Below are positions 37,656 through 47,168 of a DNA stretch of 64,000 nucleotides, piece by piece; positions within the stretch are counted from its first letter, which is position 1, and each line of letters starts with the position of its first letter. Source of the stretch: an uncultured Candidatus Saccharibacteria bacterium (GTDB taxonomy: Bacteria > Patescibacteriota > Saccharimonadia > Saccharimonadales > JAGQNJ01). The translations under genes were made by a program, and so were the position numbers. Under the pieces are notes generated by a model, which worked only from the letters and a program-made list of their open reading frames with translations, searched no databases and had not been told where the DNA came from. Where the stretch lies: the NCBI GenBank assembly GCA_965231045.1, contig OZ246406.1, positions 52,295 through 116,294 on the forward strand, written 5' to 3'.

Positions 37656-38792
37656 ATGAAAAAAGAAAAAAAGCAAAAAAACCACAACCGATCTTTTAGA
37701 ACAGCCCCAAGACTGTTTGTAATTGTATTGGTTTTATCAGTTTTAGCATTCGGGGCAACTCGTTTTGCATCTGTTCTTGCTGATCAATATGACGAACAAA
37801 TAAAGCAATTGAATGCTGATAGTAGTAATAAAAAACAATCAGTAAATCAGTTGGGCGCACAAGCTTCAGGGTATCAAGATCAGATTAATAAGTTGCAGCA
37901 ACAAATCTCCAGCCTACAAAATCAGATTACAGTTAATCAGAACCGTGTAACTGATCTAAAAAATCAAATTGCTCAAGCCGAGGAAGAGCTTGCCAAGCAA
38001 AAGAAATTGCTGGGCGAGAATATTAGGGCAATGTATGTAGAAGATGATATTACAACTCTTGAAATGTTAGCTTCAAGCAAGGATTTAAGTGACTTCGTTG
38101 ACAAACAACAATATCGTAACAGTGTTAAAGACAAGATAAAGACTACACTTGATAAAGTAAATGATCTTAAGCACCAACTAAAGACTCAACAAGAGGCATT
38201 AGAAAATACTATTAAAGATCAACAGAATGTTCAGGCGCAACTAGCCGATCAACAGGGTCAACAAAATCAATTACTATCATTAAATCAACAGCAACAAGCT
38301 GATTTAAATAATCAGATTCAGAATAATAATGCTCAGGTATCACAGCTACGAAAACAACAGGCGATTGAAAATGCCAAAATCTTTGGTGGTAGTGTCCCTA
38401 GAGGTGTCCCCGGTGGTGGTGGCTATCCTGGCGCTTGGGCCTTCGCACCACAAGATTCTATTATCGACACATGGGGAATGTATAATCGCGAATGTGTGAG
38501 TTATACAGCTTGGAAAGTATGGAATTCAGGACGATATATGCCTTACTGGGGCGGTCGAGGTAATGCCAACCAGTGGGATGATAATGCTCGAGCCGCAGGC
38601 ATCCCAGTTGATACAACTCCACACCCAGGCGACGTTGCGATTAAGAACTCAGGATTTTATGGTCACGCGATGTATGTGGAGGCTGTTTACGGTGACGGTA
38701 CTATCTACATAAGTCAGTACAATGCTGGTCTGGACGGTTATTATAGTGAAGCCCGAATTAGTGCTTCGGGTCTTGTCTTCATTCATTTCTAG
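37656..38792 (+). CDS. Coiled-coil plus CHAP-domain peptidoglycan hydrolase (PcsB/CwlO-like)
   Basis: N-terminal TM/signal, about 230 aa of Gln-rich heptad-like coiled coil. C-terminal CHAP with Cys context NRECVSYTAWKV and His context GHAMYVE. Start chosen at MKKEKKQ. Confidence 0.8.
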   Translation: MKKEKKQKNHNRSFRTAPRLFVIVLVLSVLAFGATRFASVLADQYDEQIKQLNADSSNKKQSVNQLGAQASGYQDQINKLQQQISSLQNQITVNQNRVTDLKNQIAQAEEELAKQKKLLGENIRAMYVEDDITTLEMLASSKDLSDFVDKQQYRNSVKDKIKTTLDKVNDLKHQLKTQQEALENTIKDQQNVQAQLADQQGQQNQLLSLNQQQQADLNNQIQNNNAQVSQLRKQQAIENAKIFGGSVPRGVPGGGGYPGAWAFAPQDSIIDTWGMYNRECVSYTAWKVWNSGRYMPYWGGRGNANQWDDNARAAGIPVDTTPHPGDVAIKNSGFYGHAMYVEAVYGDGTIYISQYNAGLDGYYSEARISASGLVFIHF

Positions 38793-38884
38793 AAATAATT
38801 GTCTAACAATCCGCTAGCCTCAAATGTTCAAAATCTGTATACTATATGCATATGCTTAGTATTCGTGTGGAGGCTATTTAAAAC

Positions 38885-40117
38885 GTGCCTCAACTACCTG
38901 TTCCAGATAACTTACCAGATCACAAGCCAAGACGTAAAGGCTTGAAAAAGTTTGTAAAGGTAACAGCTTTTGTTGCTACTGGTGCATGTCTTGTGTTTGT
39001 TGGCTGGGCATGGGGTCAGGGCAGGATTAGTCTTCATGGCTTTAATAAGTCCAAGAATGTCAGTTCATCGCAGAGCCTTGATTACACATCACTAAATGAG
39101 GTTTATCAAATACTTCAAAAACGCTATGATGGCAAACTTGATAACGAGAAAATCATGGATGGGCTCAAGGCTGGGCTGGCTAGGTCGGCCGGTGATCCAT
39201 ACACCGAATATATGACCCCGCAACAAGCCAAGGAGTTTGATGAAGGACTTTCGGGCTCATTTACGGGTATTGGGGCTGAACTTAGTAAAGACAAAGATAA
39301 TATTGTTATTGTCTCACCAATAAGTGGATTTCCTGCTGAAAAAGCTGGTCTAAAACCAAAAGATATTATTGTGGCAATTGACGGGCAGCCAGTTAATGAT
39401 ATGGGTCTTAGTGAAGCAGTTCAGAAAATTCGTGGGCCAAAAGATTCCACGGTTAAACTTAAAATTGCTCGAGATGGACAACTGCTGGAATTTAGTATAG
39501 TCCGTGACAATATTAATATCCCAAGTGTTAAGACAGAGATATTGCCAGGGAATATTGGCTACATGCAAATTAGTCGCTTTTCCGAAGATACTGCCGAACT
39601 ATCGCAAAAGGGTGCTCAACAATTCAAAGATGCTGGCGTAAAGGGCGTTATACTGGATGTCCGTGGTGATCCAGGCGGCTTGCTGGACGCGGCGGTTGAT
39701 GTTGGCAGCTTGTGGTTGCCACAAGGTAAAACTATACTCCAAGAAAAACGTGACGGTATTATTGTTCGTACCTACAGTGCGACAGGCAACGACATACTTA
39801 AGGGTATTCCTACAGTCGTCTTGGTTGACGGCGGTAGCGCCAGTGCTAGTGAAATCGTTTCAGGTGCTCTGAAAGATAATGGTGTCGCCACGTTAATTGG
39901 CGTAAAAACCTTCGGTAAGGGTAGCGTCCAAGAATTGGATCGACTGCCAGGTGGTGGCGTTTTGAAGGTTACAATTGCTCGCTGGTACACTCCTGGTGGC
40001 CGTAATATTGATAAAGAAGGCATTGAGCCGGACAAGACGGTGAAGATCACAGACGATGATATAAAAGCCGGTCATGACCTTCAAAAAGATGCTGCAATTC
40101 AGGCTTTGAAGCAATAA
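38885..40117 (+). CDS. ctpA: C-terminal processing peptidase (S41) with PDZ
   Basis: GGSASASEIVSGAL (Ser) and TFGKGSVQ (Lys). PDZ segment GFPAEKAGLKPKDIIVAIDG. GTG start. Confidence 0.9.
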   Translation: MPQLPVPDNLPDHKPRRKGLKKFVKVTAFVATGACLVFVGWAWGQGRISLHGFNKSKNVSSSQSLDYTSLNEVYQILQKRYDGKLDNEKIMDGLKAGLARSAGDPYTEYMTPQQAKEFDEGLSGSFTGIGAELSKDKDNIVIVSPISGFPAEKAGLKPKDIIVAIDGQPVNDMGLSEAVQKIRGPKDSTVKLKIARDGQLLEFSIVRDNINIPSVKTEILPGNIGYMQISRFSEDTAELSQKGAQQFKDAGVKGVILDVRGDPGGLLDAAVDVGSLWLPQGKTILQEKRDGIIVRTYSATGNDILKGIPTVVLVDGGSASASEIVSGALKDNGVATLIGVKTFGKGSVQELDRLPGGGVLKVTIARWYTPGGRNIDKEGIEPDKTVKITDDDIKAGHDLQKDAAIQALKQ

Positions 40118-40198
40118 AATACAAAAAAAGCTTTTCTTATAGATGACCCTTATGGTAGTATCTATAACGTTAAGTAAGAAGAGGGAGAGATAGAAGGC

Positions 40199-41806
40199 GT
40201 GGCAAAATCGCCAACTAAATATGTGTTTGTAACAGGGGGCGTGTTATCTGGCCTCGGAAAAGGCATCACTGCAGCTTCTATCGGCACCATTCTTAAATCT
40301 CGTGGACTAAAGGTAAATATTCAAAAACTTGATCCGTATCTAAATGTTGATGCAGGAACTCTTAATCCGGCTGAGCATGGCGAGTGCTTTGTAACCAAAG
40401 ACGGCGCCGAGACAGATCTAGACCTTGGTCACTATGAGCGATTCTTGGATGTTGAATTGACTCAGACTAGTTCAATAATGAGCGGTCGCATATTGCGAAA
40501 ACTGATCGATGATGAGCGAAATGGCAAATTCCTAGGCAAGACGGTTCAAGTAGTACCTCATTTAACCAATGCTATACAGGAATATATAACAAAAGCCAGC
40601 AAGGACTTCGATGTACATATCGTAGAAATTGGTGGCACAGTCGGCGATTACGAGAGCCCAGCATTTTATGAAGCAATCCGGGAATATAGTTCACGTGTTG
40701 GTGCCGAAAACTGCATGTATGTCCAGGTTGTTTATTTGCCATATCTTTCAACAAGTAAGGAGATAAAGACAAAACCAGCGCAAAATGCTACTAGGGATCT
40801 TCGCAGTATGGGTATTGTGCCAGACCTACTGGTTGCAAGATGTGAGTCATCGGCTAATAAAGCCGTCAAAGCCAAGCTAGCAGCGTTCTGTGGTGTCCCA
40901 GAGAAGGGTATAGCTGTTCTGCCGAATGCTCGAACGGTGTATGAAGTACCGTTGACGCTAGAAGATCAAGGCATTGGTAGTTACATTGTCGATAAGCTAC
41001 AACTTAAAGCTAAAAAGCCTAATCTTAAAGATTGGCAACATGTTGTGCGCACAATCCTTTCTAAGCCAGAGAAAACAGTTAAGATCGGCATTGTAGCTAA
41101 ATATCTAGACAACGAGGACACTTACTTCTCAGTTATGGAGGCACTTAAGAGCGCTGCGTGGCACAACAAGGTCGGTATTGATTACAAATGGATTGATGCT
41201 GAGGAGCTTGATAAGCCTCACTCTAACCTATCAAAAGCACTTCATGGTCTGGATGGGGTTGTTGTCCCTGGTGGTTTTGGAACTAGAGGCGTCGAAGGCA
41301 AAATCAAAGCTGCTGAATACGCTTTAAAGCATAAATTGCCATACCTAGGACTTTGTTTGGGCTTGCAAGTGGCAGTTATAGGGGCCGCTCGTGCTCATGG
41401 CCTGGCGCACGCCAATACAACTGAAATCGACCCAGACTCACCGCACCCAGTTATTGCCACTATGGCCGATCAAAAGGGTAAAGAAAACACCGGTGGAACC
41501 ATGCGATTAGGCAACTATCCTTGTGTGCTGGCTAAAGATAGTAAATCAATCAAGTTGTACCACAAACGTGAGATCCAGGAGCGCCATCGGCATCGTTATG
41601 AGTGTAATAATGCTTATCGTGATCAATATGAAAGCTGGGGCATTAAAGTAGTCGGTACTTCACCAAATAATAACTTAGTTGAGGTTATTGAAGGTATCGA
41701 TCATCCATTCTTTATTGCTAGCCAATTCCACCCTGAATTTACTTCACGTCCAAATCGCCCACAACCTCTGTTCAATGGATTTATCGCAACGGTAGCAGGG
41801 AGGTAG
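40199..41806 (+). CDS. pyrG: CTP synthase
   Basis: N-terminal YVFVTGGVLSGLGKG. Amidotransferase GLCLGLQ (Cys) and QFHPEF. GTG start. Confidence 0.97.
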   Translation: MAKSPTKYVFVTGGVLSGLGKGITAASIGTILKSRGLKVNIQKLDPYLNVDAGTLNPAEHGECFVTKDGAETDLDLGHYERFLDVELTQTSSIMSGRILRKLIDDERNGKFLGKTVQVVPHLTNAIQEYITKASKDFDVHIVEIGGTVGDYESPAFYEAIREYSSRVGAENCMYVQVVYLPYLSTSKEIKTKPAQNATRDLRSMGIVPDLLVARCESSANKAVKAKLAAFCGVPEKGIAVLPNARTVYEVPLTLEDQGIGSYIVDKLQLKAKKPNLKDWQHVVRTILSKPEKTVKIGIVAKYLDNEDTYFSVMEALKSAAWHNKVGIDYKWIDAEELDKPHSNLSKALHGLDGVVVPGGFGTRGVEGKIKAAEYALKHKLPYLGLCLGLQVAVIGAARAHGLAHANTTEIDPDSPHPVIATMADQKGKENTGGTMRLGNYPCVLAKDSKSIKLYHKREIQERHRHRYECNNAYRDQYESWGIKVVGTSPNNNLVEVIEGIDHPFFIASQFHPEFTSRPNRPQPLFNGFIATVAGR

Positions 41807-41836
41807 AGGTTGCAAAAATAGTGCAAATCCTCTAGC

Positions 41837-42304
41837 ATGAGCATCATGGAACCTACGCAAAATACAAATCAAAATCCAGTAACTGTACCCGAACCAACAC
41901 CACAAGCGCCTGCGAATTCTAAGGATCTTAAAGGCAAAAAAATTCTTCTAGTTGAAGACGACGATGGATTAGCGAATGTTTACCTAACCCGTCTTGAAGC
42001 CGAAGGCTTTAATGTTAAGCGTGTTCCAAATGGCGAAGATGCATTGGCTGTAGCTATTGAATACCGGCCTGATTTAATTTTGCTTGATGTTATGATGCCA
42101 AAAGTTAGCGGTTTTGACGTACTAGATATATTGCGAAATACACCCGAGACAGCCAACGTTAAGGTTGTTATGCTAACGGCACTTAGCCAAGATACCGATA
42201 AAGAAAAAGCCGAAAAATTAGGGGCTGACGACTACTTGGTTAAATCGCAGGTAGTAATTGCTGACGTAGTTGAGAGAATCAAACACCATCTATCAGGTAT
42301 GTAA
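41837..42304 (+). CDS. Single-domain response regulator (CheY-like receiver), canonical residues intact
   Basis: LLVEDDD, phospho-acceptor in LILLDVMMP, LTA Thr and YLVKS Lys all present. No output domain and no adjacent kinase. Confidence 0.85.
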   Translation: MSIMEPTQNTNQNPVTVPEPTPQAPANSKDLKGKKILLVEDDDGLANVYLTRLEAEGFNVKRVPNGEDALAVAIEYRPDLILLDVMMPKVSGFDVLDILRNTPETANVKVVMLTALSQDTDKEKAEKLGADDYLVKSQVVIADVVERIKHHLSGM

Positions 42305-42359
42305 TAATCAAAATGCCTATGCTTGCACCCCTAATTCAGGAGTGTTTTAATTATAAGTC

Positions 42360-42665
42360 ATGAATATTGAGAGAGGCGCACATAGTTTCGGAGCTCGTGA
42401 AGGATTTGTTGATGATTTAAGTGTCATGTCAACAAGCTTAATAGAGAGCGTTAATATTGCTAGGGATGTATTCGATCGTCTTAGTGATAAAAACGAGCGA
42501 AAATACGTTATTGCAGCTGGTGCAGCACTTGCGATTGCTGGGGCTGTAACCGTAGTTCTTCGATCGGCGAAAGCAGTTGGTGAAGCCGGAGCTTCGTTAA
42601 AAAAAGTTATGTCTGATTCAACACCGCAAACTTTCACCAGCATGAGAGTTGATGCCGAAGAGTAG
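42360..42665 (+). CDS. Hypothetical small protein with one central hydrophobic helix
   Basis: 101 aa. A fully overlapping antisense ORF (42347-42643) exists. The + strand is preferred only from gene context. Confidence 0.35.
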   Translation: MNIERGAHSFGAREGFVDDLSVMSTSLIESVNIARDVFDRLSDKNERKYVIAAGAALAIAGAVTVVLRSAKAVGEAGASLKKVMSDSTPQTFTSMRVDAEE

Positions 42666-42678
42666 ACAGCATAAATTA

Positions 42679-42707
42679 TTGACTTTTAATCGTGTTTATG
42701 CTAATAT
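42679..42707 (+). promoter_or_regulatory. Sigma-70 promoter with extended -10
   Basis: TTGACT, 17-nt spacer, TGcTAATAT. 36 nt upstream of the ATG at 42744, which has an AAGGA SD-like element. Confidence 0.55.
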
Positions 42708-42743
42708 GTACTTAATCTAAATAAAACAAAAAAGGATTAAAAA

Positions 42744-43259
42744 ATGCCAGCTGAAGGACAACCAACAAACCCAGACATGATAACAAGCGTTCCAGGAATG
42801 GAACCTAGAGAACCTGGTGCGGATGTGATCCAGGCTGGTAATAATATGCCTCTTGATCCTGAAAGCCCACAAGTAGGTGCCTTCCAAGTACGTGCTCAGC
42901 GAGCAGCTGATAACGGCGGGGTTGGCCCAGAATATGTTATGCCTGAAGTTCATGGATCAACTTTTAGTGCTCCTACTGAAAAGGGTGCCATGGATGGCCC
43001 TCGCATAACTGGTGCAATTACCCGACCAGACGGAGTAACTATTGATAGCCAAATTGTTGGTGGCGCAAAAGAAACTCAAATCCACGGTATGGGCAGTCAA
43101 CACAATCTACCGGAGACAGCTGCTGAATATGCCGCCCGAATGCGTGACGGTAAATCAGCCGTACAAAGAGAAACTGAACGACAAATGGGAATAGCCGCTG
43201 CAGATCGTAGTGAACGAGCTCGCAAAGGCATGCCACCACCGTCAGCCGATTTACGATAA
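42744..43259 (+). CDS. Hypothetical Pro/Gly/Ala-rich, probably disordered protein
   Basis: 171 aa with no hydrophobic segments. Own promoter and a strong terminator. Confidence 0.55.
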   Translation: MPAEGQPTNPDMITSVPGMEPREPGADVIQAGNNMPLDPESPQVGAFQVRAQRAADNGGVGPEYVMPEVHGSTFSAPTEKGAMDGPRITGAITRPDGVTIDSQIVGGAKETQIHGMGSQHNLPETAAEYAARMRDGKSAVQRETERQMGIAAADRSERARKGMPPPSADLR

Positions 43260-43261
43260 AT

Positions 43262-43294
43262 AAAAAACCGCCCCGAAAGGGCGGTTTTGCTTTT
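43262..43294. terminator. Bidirectional rho-independent terminator
   Basis: A6-CCGCCC-cgaaa-GGGCGG-TTTTgcTTTT, between the convergent 42744 ORF (+) and rpmA (-). Confidence 0.8.
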
Positions 43295-43306
43295 ACATGG
43301 GTTAAT

Positions 43307-43579
43307 TTACTCGACAGTAACTTCAGTTCGTCGAACTGAACGGCCAGTGAAAAGTCGAACTTTGCGTTGAGTGAACTTAACGGTGCCGTCTTTGGTAGCG
43401 TGAATAGTGAAGTTACGGCTAATCTTCGTGCCTTTACCAGGTCGCTTAGTCATACCAACTTGTCGAACAATAACTTGGCCAGTTTTAACTTTTTGACCAC
43501 CAAATAGCTTAACACCAAGTCGTTGACCCGGGCTATCATGGACGTTTTTACTTGAACCACCAGCTTTGACTTTACTCAT
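43307..43579 (-). CDS. rpmA: Ribosomal protein L27
   Basis: KAGGSSKNVHDSPGQRLGVKLFGGQKV...GTKISRNFTIHATKDG matches L27. No Firmicute-type N-terminal propeptide. Confidence 0.95.
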   Translation of the reverse strand: MSKVKAGGSSKNVHDSPGQRLGVKLFGGQKVKTGQVIVRQVGMTKRPGKGTKISRNFTIHATKDGTVKFTQRKVRLFTGRSVRRTEVTVE

Positions 43580-43580
43580 T

Positions 43581-44750
43581 TTACTTCCTTATTAGCGTAA
43601 CTAATTCTCGGCCAACTATTTGACCTTCACGGTGATAGATAAGATCTTTATTATCAACGTGTTTAAAGCTCGCCCTAGTATATCCCAACTCCTCGAGGTG
43701 GTCAAGGGTAGAAAGGTGTTCAAAACGACCATTGATTTGCCAGGCAGGCACGGCAACTGTCATACGAAAGCCAGATTTTGTCTGAGAAGCAACATTTTTC
43801 AGGAACTTCTTATGAATAGTGTTCACATCACTAATAACTTGTCGTAGGATAGCTGGGTCTGGTTTATCTGAAAAAGGGCGGCCTAAATAAGTCTCGGCAG
43901 CTATGCAGTCAAATGGTTTTTCCCAGTGGTGGGAGGTAGCATCGGCCACTTCAAGTGCATGAGTCCCCTTAATTGTAGTTTTTTGGGATAACCACGTTAA
44001 ATTTTGTTCACTATAATCAATCATTCGTGGCTCTAGATCCGTACCGATGACATCGTAATCCATCAGCAAGGCCTCTTGAAGAAGAACTCCAGTGCCACAA
44101 AAAGGGTCTAGAACGGTTTTTGTTGGGTGAGCCATATTTATGATTATTTGAGCTAGTTTTGGTGGCAACATACCAACTTTAGAATCACGCTTAGGTCGAG
44201 CCTGGTCGCGTGCAGTGTAGGCATCAATATCTTGAATGCCACTGGTTTGAGCAAGCCAAACTGAGTTACCATCCTGAACAAGCAATAATTCCATACCAAA
44301 AGGCATGAGGTACATTTTGTTATGCAAAACTTGAGCGCTGCTCAGTTCGGTGCCTTTGGTCGGCACGACTCGCACAGGTCGATTATCGGAGCTTCTGACT
44401 GCCTTTTTAACAGATAGGGCAGTGCGTTCAATGGCTTTTTGGTTAGTTTTAAGTCTATAAGCACTAATACCAAATGTTAATTTGCCTGGCCCAATACAAC
44501 ACGTGTGTTTTGGTACATGTTCAACTAAATAGCGTTCGATACGGTGCCAATCAGTAAAATCCAACTTTGTCAGTAGTTTAGCAACTTTAATAGTTCCACC
44601 AAGGTTATTAATGTTTACCTGATCATATGGTTTATCGATGATGGCAGCTTGATTACCAGCAAGTTGAACAGACTCAGAGCCAAATAAACTCTCTAGCTCA
44701 GCCATACCAAGAGCTGGTTGTCTTCCCAAAATAGCAAGTGTTTGTGACAT
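43581..44750 (-). CDS. Putative RNA methyltransferase (UPF0020/Trm11-like class I SAM MTase)
   Basis: GMLPPKLAQIIINMA followed by VLDPFCGTGVLLQEA (SAM motif I) and IGTDLEP. The motif IV position reads AAETYLG instead of (D/N)PPY. Stop lies 1 nt before the rpmA start. Confidence 0.5.
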   Translation of the reverse strand: MSQTLAILGRQPALGMAELESLFGSESVQLAGNQAAIIDKPYDQVNINNLGGTIKVAKLLTKLDFTDWHRIERYLVEHVPKHTCCIGPGKLTFGISAYRLKTNQKAIERTALSVKKAVRSSDNRPVRVVPTKGTELSSAQVLHNKMYLMPFGMELLLVQDGNSVWLAQTSGIQDIDAYTARDQARPKRDSKVGMLPPKLAQIIINMAHPTKTVLDPFCGTGVLLQEALLMDYDVIGTDLEPRMIDYSEQNLTWLSQKTTIKGTHALEVADATSHHWEKPFDCIAAETYLGRPFSDKPDPAILRQVISDVNTIHKKFLKNVASQTKSGFRMTVAVPAWQINGRFEHLSTLDHLEELGYTRASFKHVDNKDLIYHREGQIVGRELVTLIRK

Positions 44751-44795
44751 GTAGCTAGTATACCCAATTTTGACGTATAATAGGCATTAACACAT

Positions 44796-45836
44796 ATGGC
44801 AGAAGAAAAGAAGCAAAGCTCCTGGAAGCTCATTCTCACACTGGTTACATTCATCGCACTGTTAGCGCTCTGTTATTTTGCTCGTACTCAAATAAAAGAA
44901 ACTTTCGAAAACTTCGGTAAAGTAAACAGTTACGCGCTACTTTTCATGTTTGTAGGGCAATTTATAAACTACTTTGCATACGGGAGAATGTACGTTAATT
45001 TATTTGAAATTCTAGGCGAAAAGATTGATTTTAAACGAATGATTCGTATCGTTCTTGAGCTCAACTTTGTTAACAACATTTTTCCAAGTGGTGGAGTGTC
45101 AAGTTTTTCTTACTTTGGTCTTAGGATGAAGTCCGAAGGGGTAACTACAGGTAAATCAACGTTAATTCAAATGATGCGCTTTGTTCTGACGTTTGTTTCA
45201 TTCCAAGTTTTACTCTTCTTCGGATTATTTGTACTGGCTCTTGGCCACAGCGCCAACGGTCTAACATTACTTGTTGGTGGATCATTGGCCACCCTGTTGT
45301 TGGTCGGTACATTTGTAGTGGCCTATATTGTCGGAAGTGAAAAGCGTATAAATAGTTTTTTCACTTATATAACCAAGTTTGTTAATCGCTTAATTCATGT
45401 ATTTAGGCGCAAACACCCTGAAACGATTAACATTGCACGAGTAGAAAGAGTATTTACGGAGTTGCACGAGAACTATATGTATCTTAAAAGCGATCCGAAA
45501 GTTCTCAAAAAACCCTTGTGGTATGCATTTTTAGCCAATGTTGGCGAGATAGTTACTATTTATGTGGTATTCATAGCTTTTGGTCAGTGGGTTAACCCTG
45601 GCGCAGTCATCATTGCTTATGCCGTAGCAAATTTTGCTGGGCTTATTTCAGTTCTGCCGGGCGGTGTTGGAATCTACGAAGCCTTGATGACAGGAGTTTT
45701 AGCGGCTGCGGGCGTACCAGCTGGAACAAGCTTGCCAATTATCGTTATGTATCGAATCCTTAACATGCTTATACAGCTCACGCCAGGTTATTACTTCTAT
45801 CACAAGAGCCTTCGCGAAGGTAAAGTACGTGTATGA
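44796..45836 (+). CDS. Flippase-like / LPG-synthase-TM (UPF0104) family membrane protein
   Basis: About 8 TM helices. Characteristic late motif ISVLPGGVGIYEALMTGVL. Confidence 0.6.
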   Translation: MAEEKKQSSWKLILTLVTFIALLALCYFARTQIKETFENFGKVNSYALLFMFVGQFINYFAYGRMYVNLFEILGEKIDFKRMIRIVLELNFVNNIFPSGGVSSFSYFGLRMKSEGVTTGKSTLIQMMRFVLTFVSFQVLLFFGLFVLALGHSANGLTLLVGGSLATLLLVGTFVVAYIVGSEKRINSFFTYITKFVNRLIHVFRRKHPETINIARVERVFTELHENYMYLKSDPKVLKKPLWYAFLANVGEIVTIYVVFIAFGQWVNPGAVIIAYAVANFAGLISVLPGGVGIYEALMTGVLAAAGVPAGTSLPIIVMYRILNMLIQLTPGYYFYHKSLREGKVRV

Positions 45837-46954
45837 GCAAGATTGAAATCACTTTTGCAGTTAGTGATTTTGTCGCCGCCTTCAACCAAACTATAAATTA
45901 TGCCTATCCCACTGTTAGCATAGTGGGCGAAATGGCAAATTTTAGAGTCAGTAAAAACAAGTGGGTTTATTTTGATCTTAAAGACGAAGGCGCTAGCGTT
46001 AAGTTTTTTGGCTCGGTGTACCAGCTTCAGGGGCCATTGGAGGAAGGAATGGTCCTGACCGTCAGAGGTGTGCCACAGCTACATCCACAATTTGGATTTA
46101 GTGTCACTATTCAATCAATTTCACTTACTGGAGAGGGAACGCTCAAGCGAGCTGCTCAGTTACTTGAAAAAAAGTTACGTGCTGAAGGTTTGTTCGATGA
46201 AAGCCGTAAGCGGGGGCTGCCATATCCGCCATCCTCAATTGGCCTAATTACATCCGGGGAGTCGGCAGCTTATGCTGATTTTGTAAAGATATTGAATGAG
46301 CGGTGGGGAGGGGTTGAAGTTCAGCTTTATGATGTGCAAGTTCAGGGGGAAGATGCCCCTAATCAAATAGCCGAAGCTCTGAAGTATTTTAATTCACGTG
46401 CTGAAACGCCAGAGGTTTTGGTTATCACCAGGGGTGGTGGTAGTCCTGATGATTTGCAAGCGTTTAATACTGAGATTGTAACTCGGGCCGTAGCCGCTAG
46501 TCGCATTCCTACAATAGTAGCCATTGGTCATGAAGTCGACGTGAGTCTAGCGGAGCTAGCGGCGGATTATCGAGCAAGCACACCAAGTAACGCTGCGCAG
46601 GCTTTGGTTCCAACTAGAGAAGATGTCAGAAACCTAATTCATTCACAACTACAGCAAGCAATTAATACCTATAAGACGGCAATTCAGGATGAGAAAAGGT
46701 CAGCACGGGAGGCGGTTAATCTTGCAGGCTTACAGCTAACTCACGATATTCAGTCGCAGATACATAATTTAAAAAGTATCAAGCAGTTACTACTGGCGCT
46801 GCATCCGGAAACTTTACTTAAAAGGGGCTATGCCATCGCCCGAAGCTCCGGACAGCTAGTAAAAAGTGTTAAAGGTGTTAAGGAAGGGGCAGAACTGTCC
46901 GTTCAGTTACAAGACGGAACATTATTAACACTAGTAAAAGGTAAGGTACAATAA
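45833..46954 (+). CDS. xseA: Exodeoxyribonuclease VII large subunit
   Basis: N-terminal OB-fold segment (SIVGEMANFRVSKNKWVYFDLKD). ITRGGGSPDDL and VAIGHEVD. Confidence 0.9.
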   Translation: MSKIEITFAVSDFVAAFNQTINYAYPTVSIVGEMANFRVSKNKWVYFDLKDEGASVKFFGSVYQLQGPLEEGMVLTVRGVPQLHPQFGFSVTIQSISLTGEGTLKRAAQLLEKKLRAEGLFDESRKRGLPYPPSSIGLITSGESAAYADFVKILNERWGGVEVQLYDVQVQGEDAPNQIAEALKYFNSRAETPEVLVITRGGGSPDDLQAFNTEIVTRAVAASRIPTIVAIGHEVDVSLAELAADYRASTPSNAAQALVPTREDVRNLIHSQLQQAINTYKTAIQDEKRSAREAVNLAGLQLTHDIQSQIHNLKSIKQLLLALHPETLLKRGYAIARSSGQLVKSVKGVKEGAELSVQLQDGTLLTLVKGKVQ

Positions 46955-46958
46955 AACT

Positions 46959-47168
46959 ATGTCTCAAAAACAAGAATCATACCGCAATCTTCGACAAGAG
47001 CTGGATGAAATTCTTAGCTCCATACAATCTGGTGATCTAGAAATAGATGAAGCAACTAAGCAATATGAACGAGCTATGGATATAGTTGCCAAGCTTGAAA
47101 AATACTTAAACGAAGCCGAGAATAAAATAACCAAAGTTCAAAAATCTTCCAAAAGAACAGGGGTCTAA
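46959..47168 (+). CDS. xseB: Exodeoxyribonuclease VII small subunit
   Basis: 69-aa helical protein (YRNLRQELDEILSSIQSGDLEIDEATKQYERAM) immediately after xseA. Confidence 0.85.
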   Translation: MSQKQESYRNLRQELDEILSSIQSGDLEIDEATKQYERAMDIVAKLEKYLNEAENKITKVQKSSKRTGV

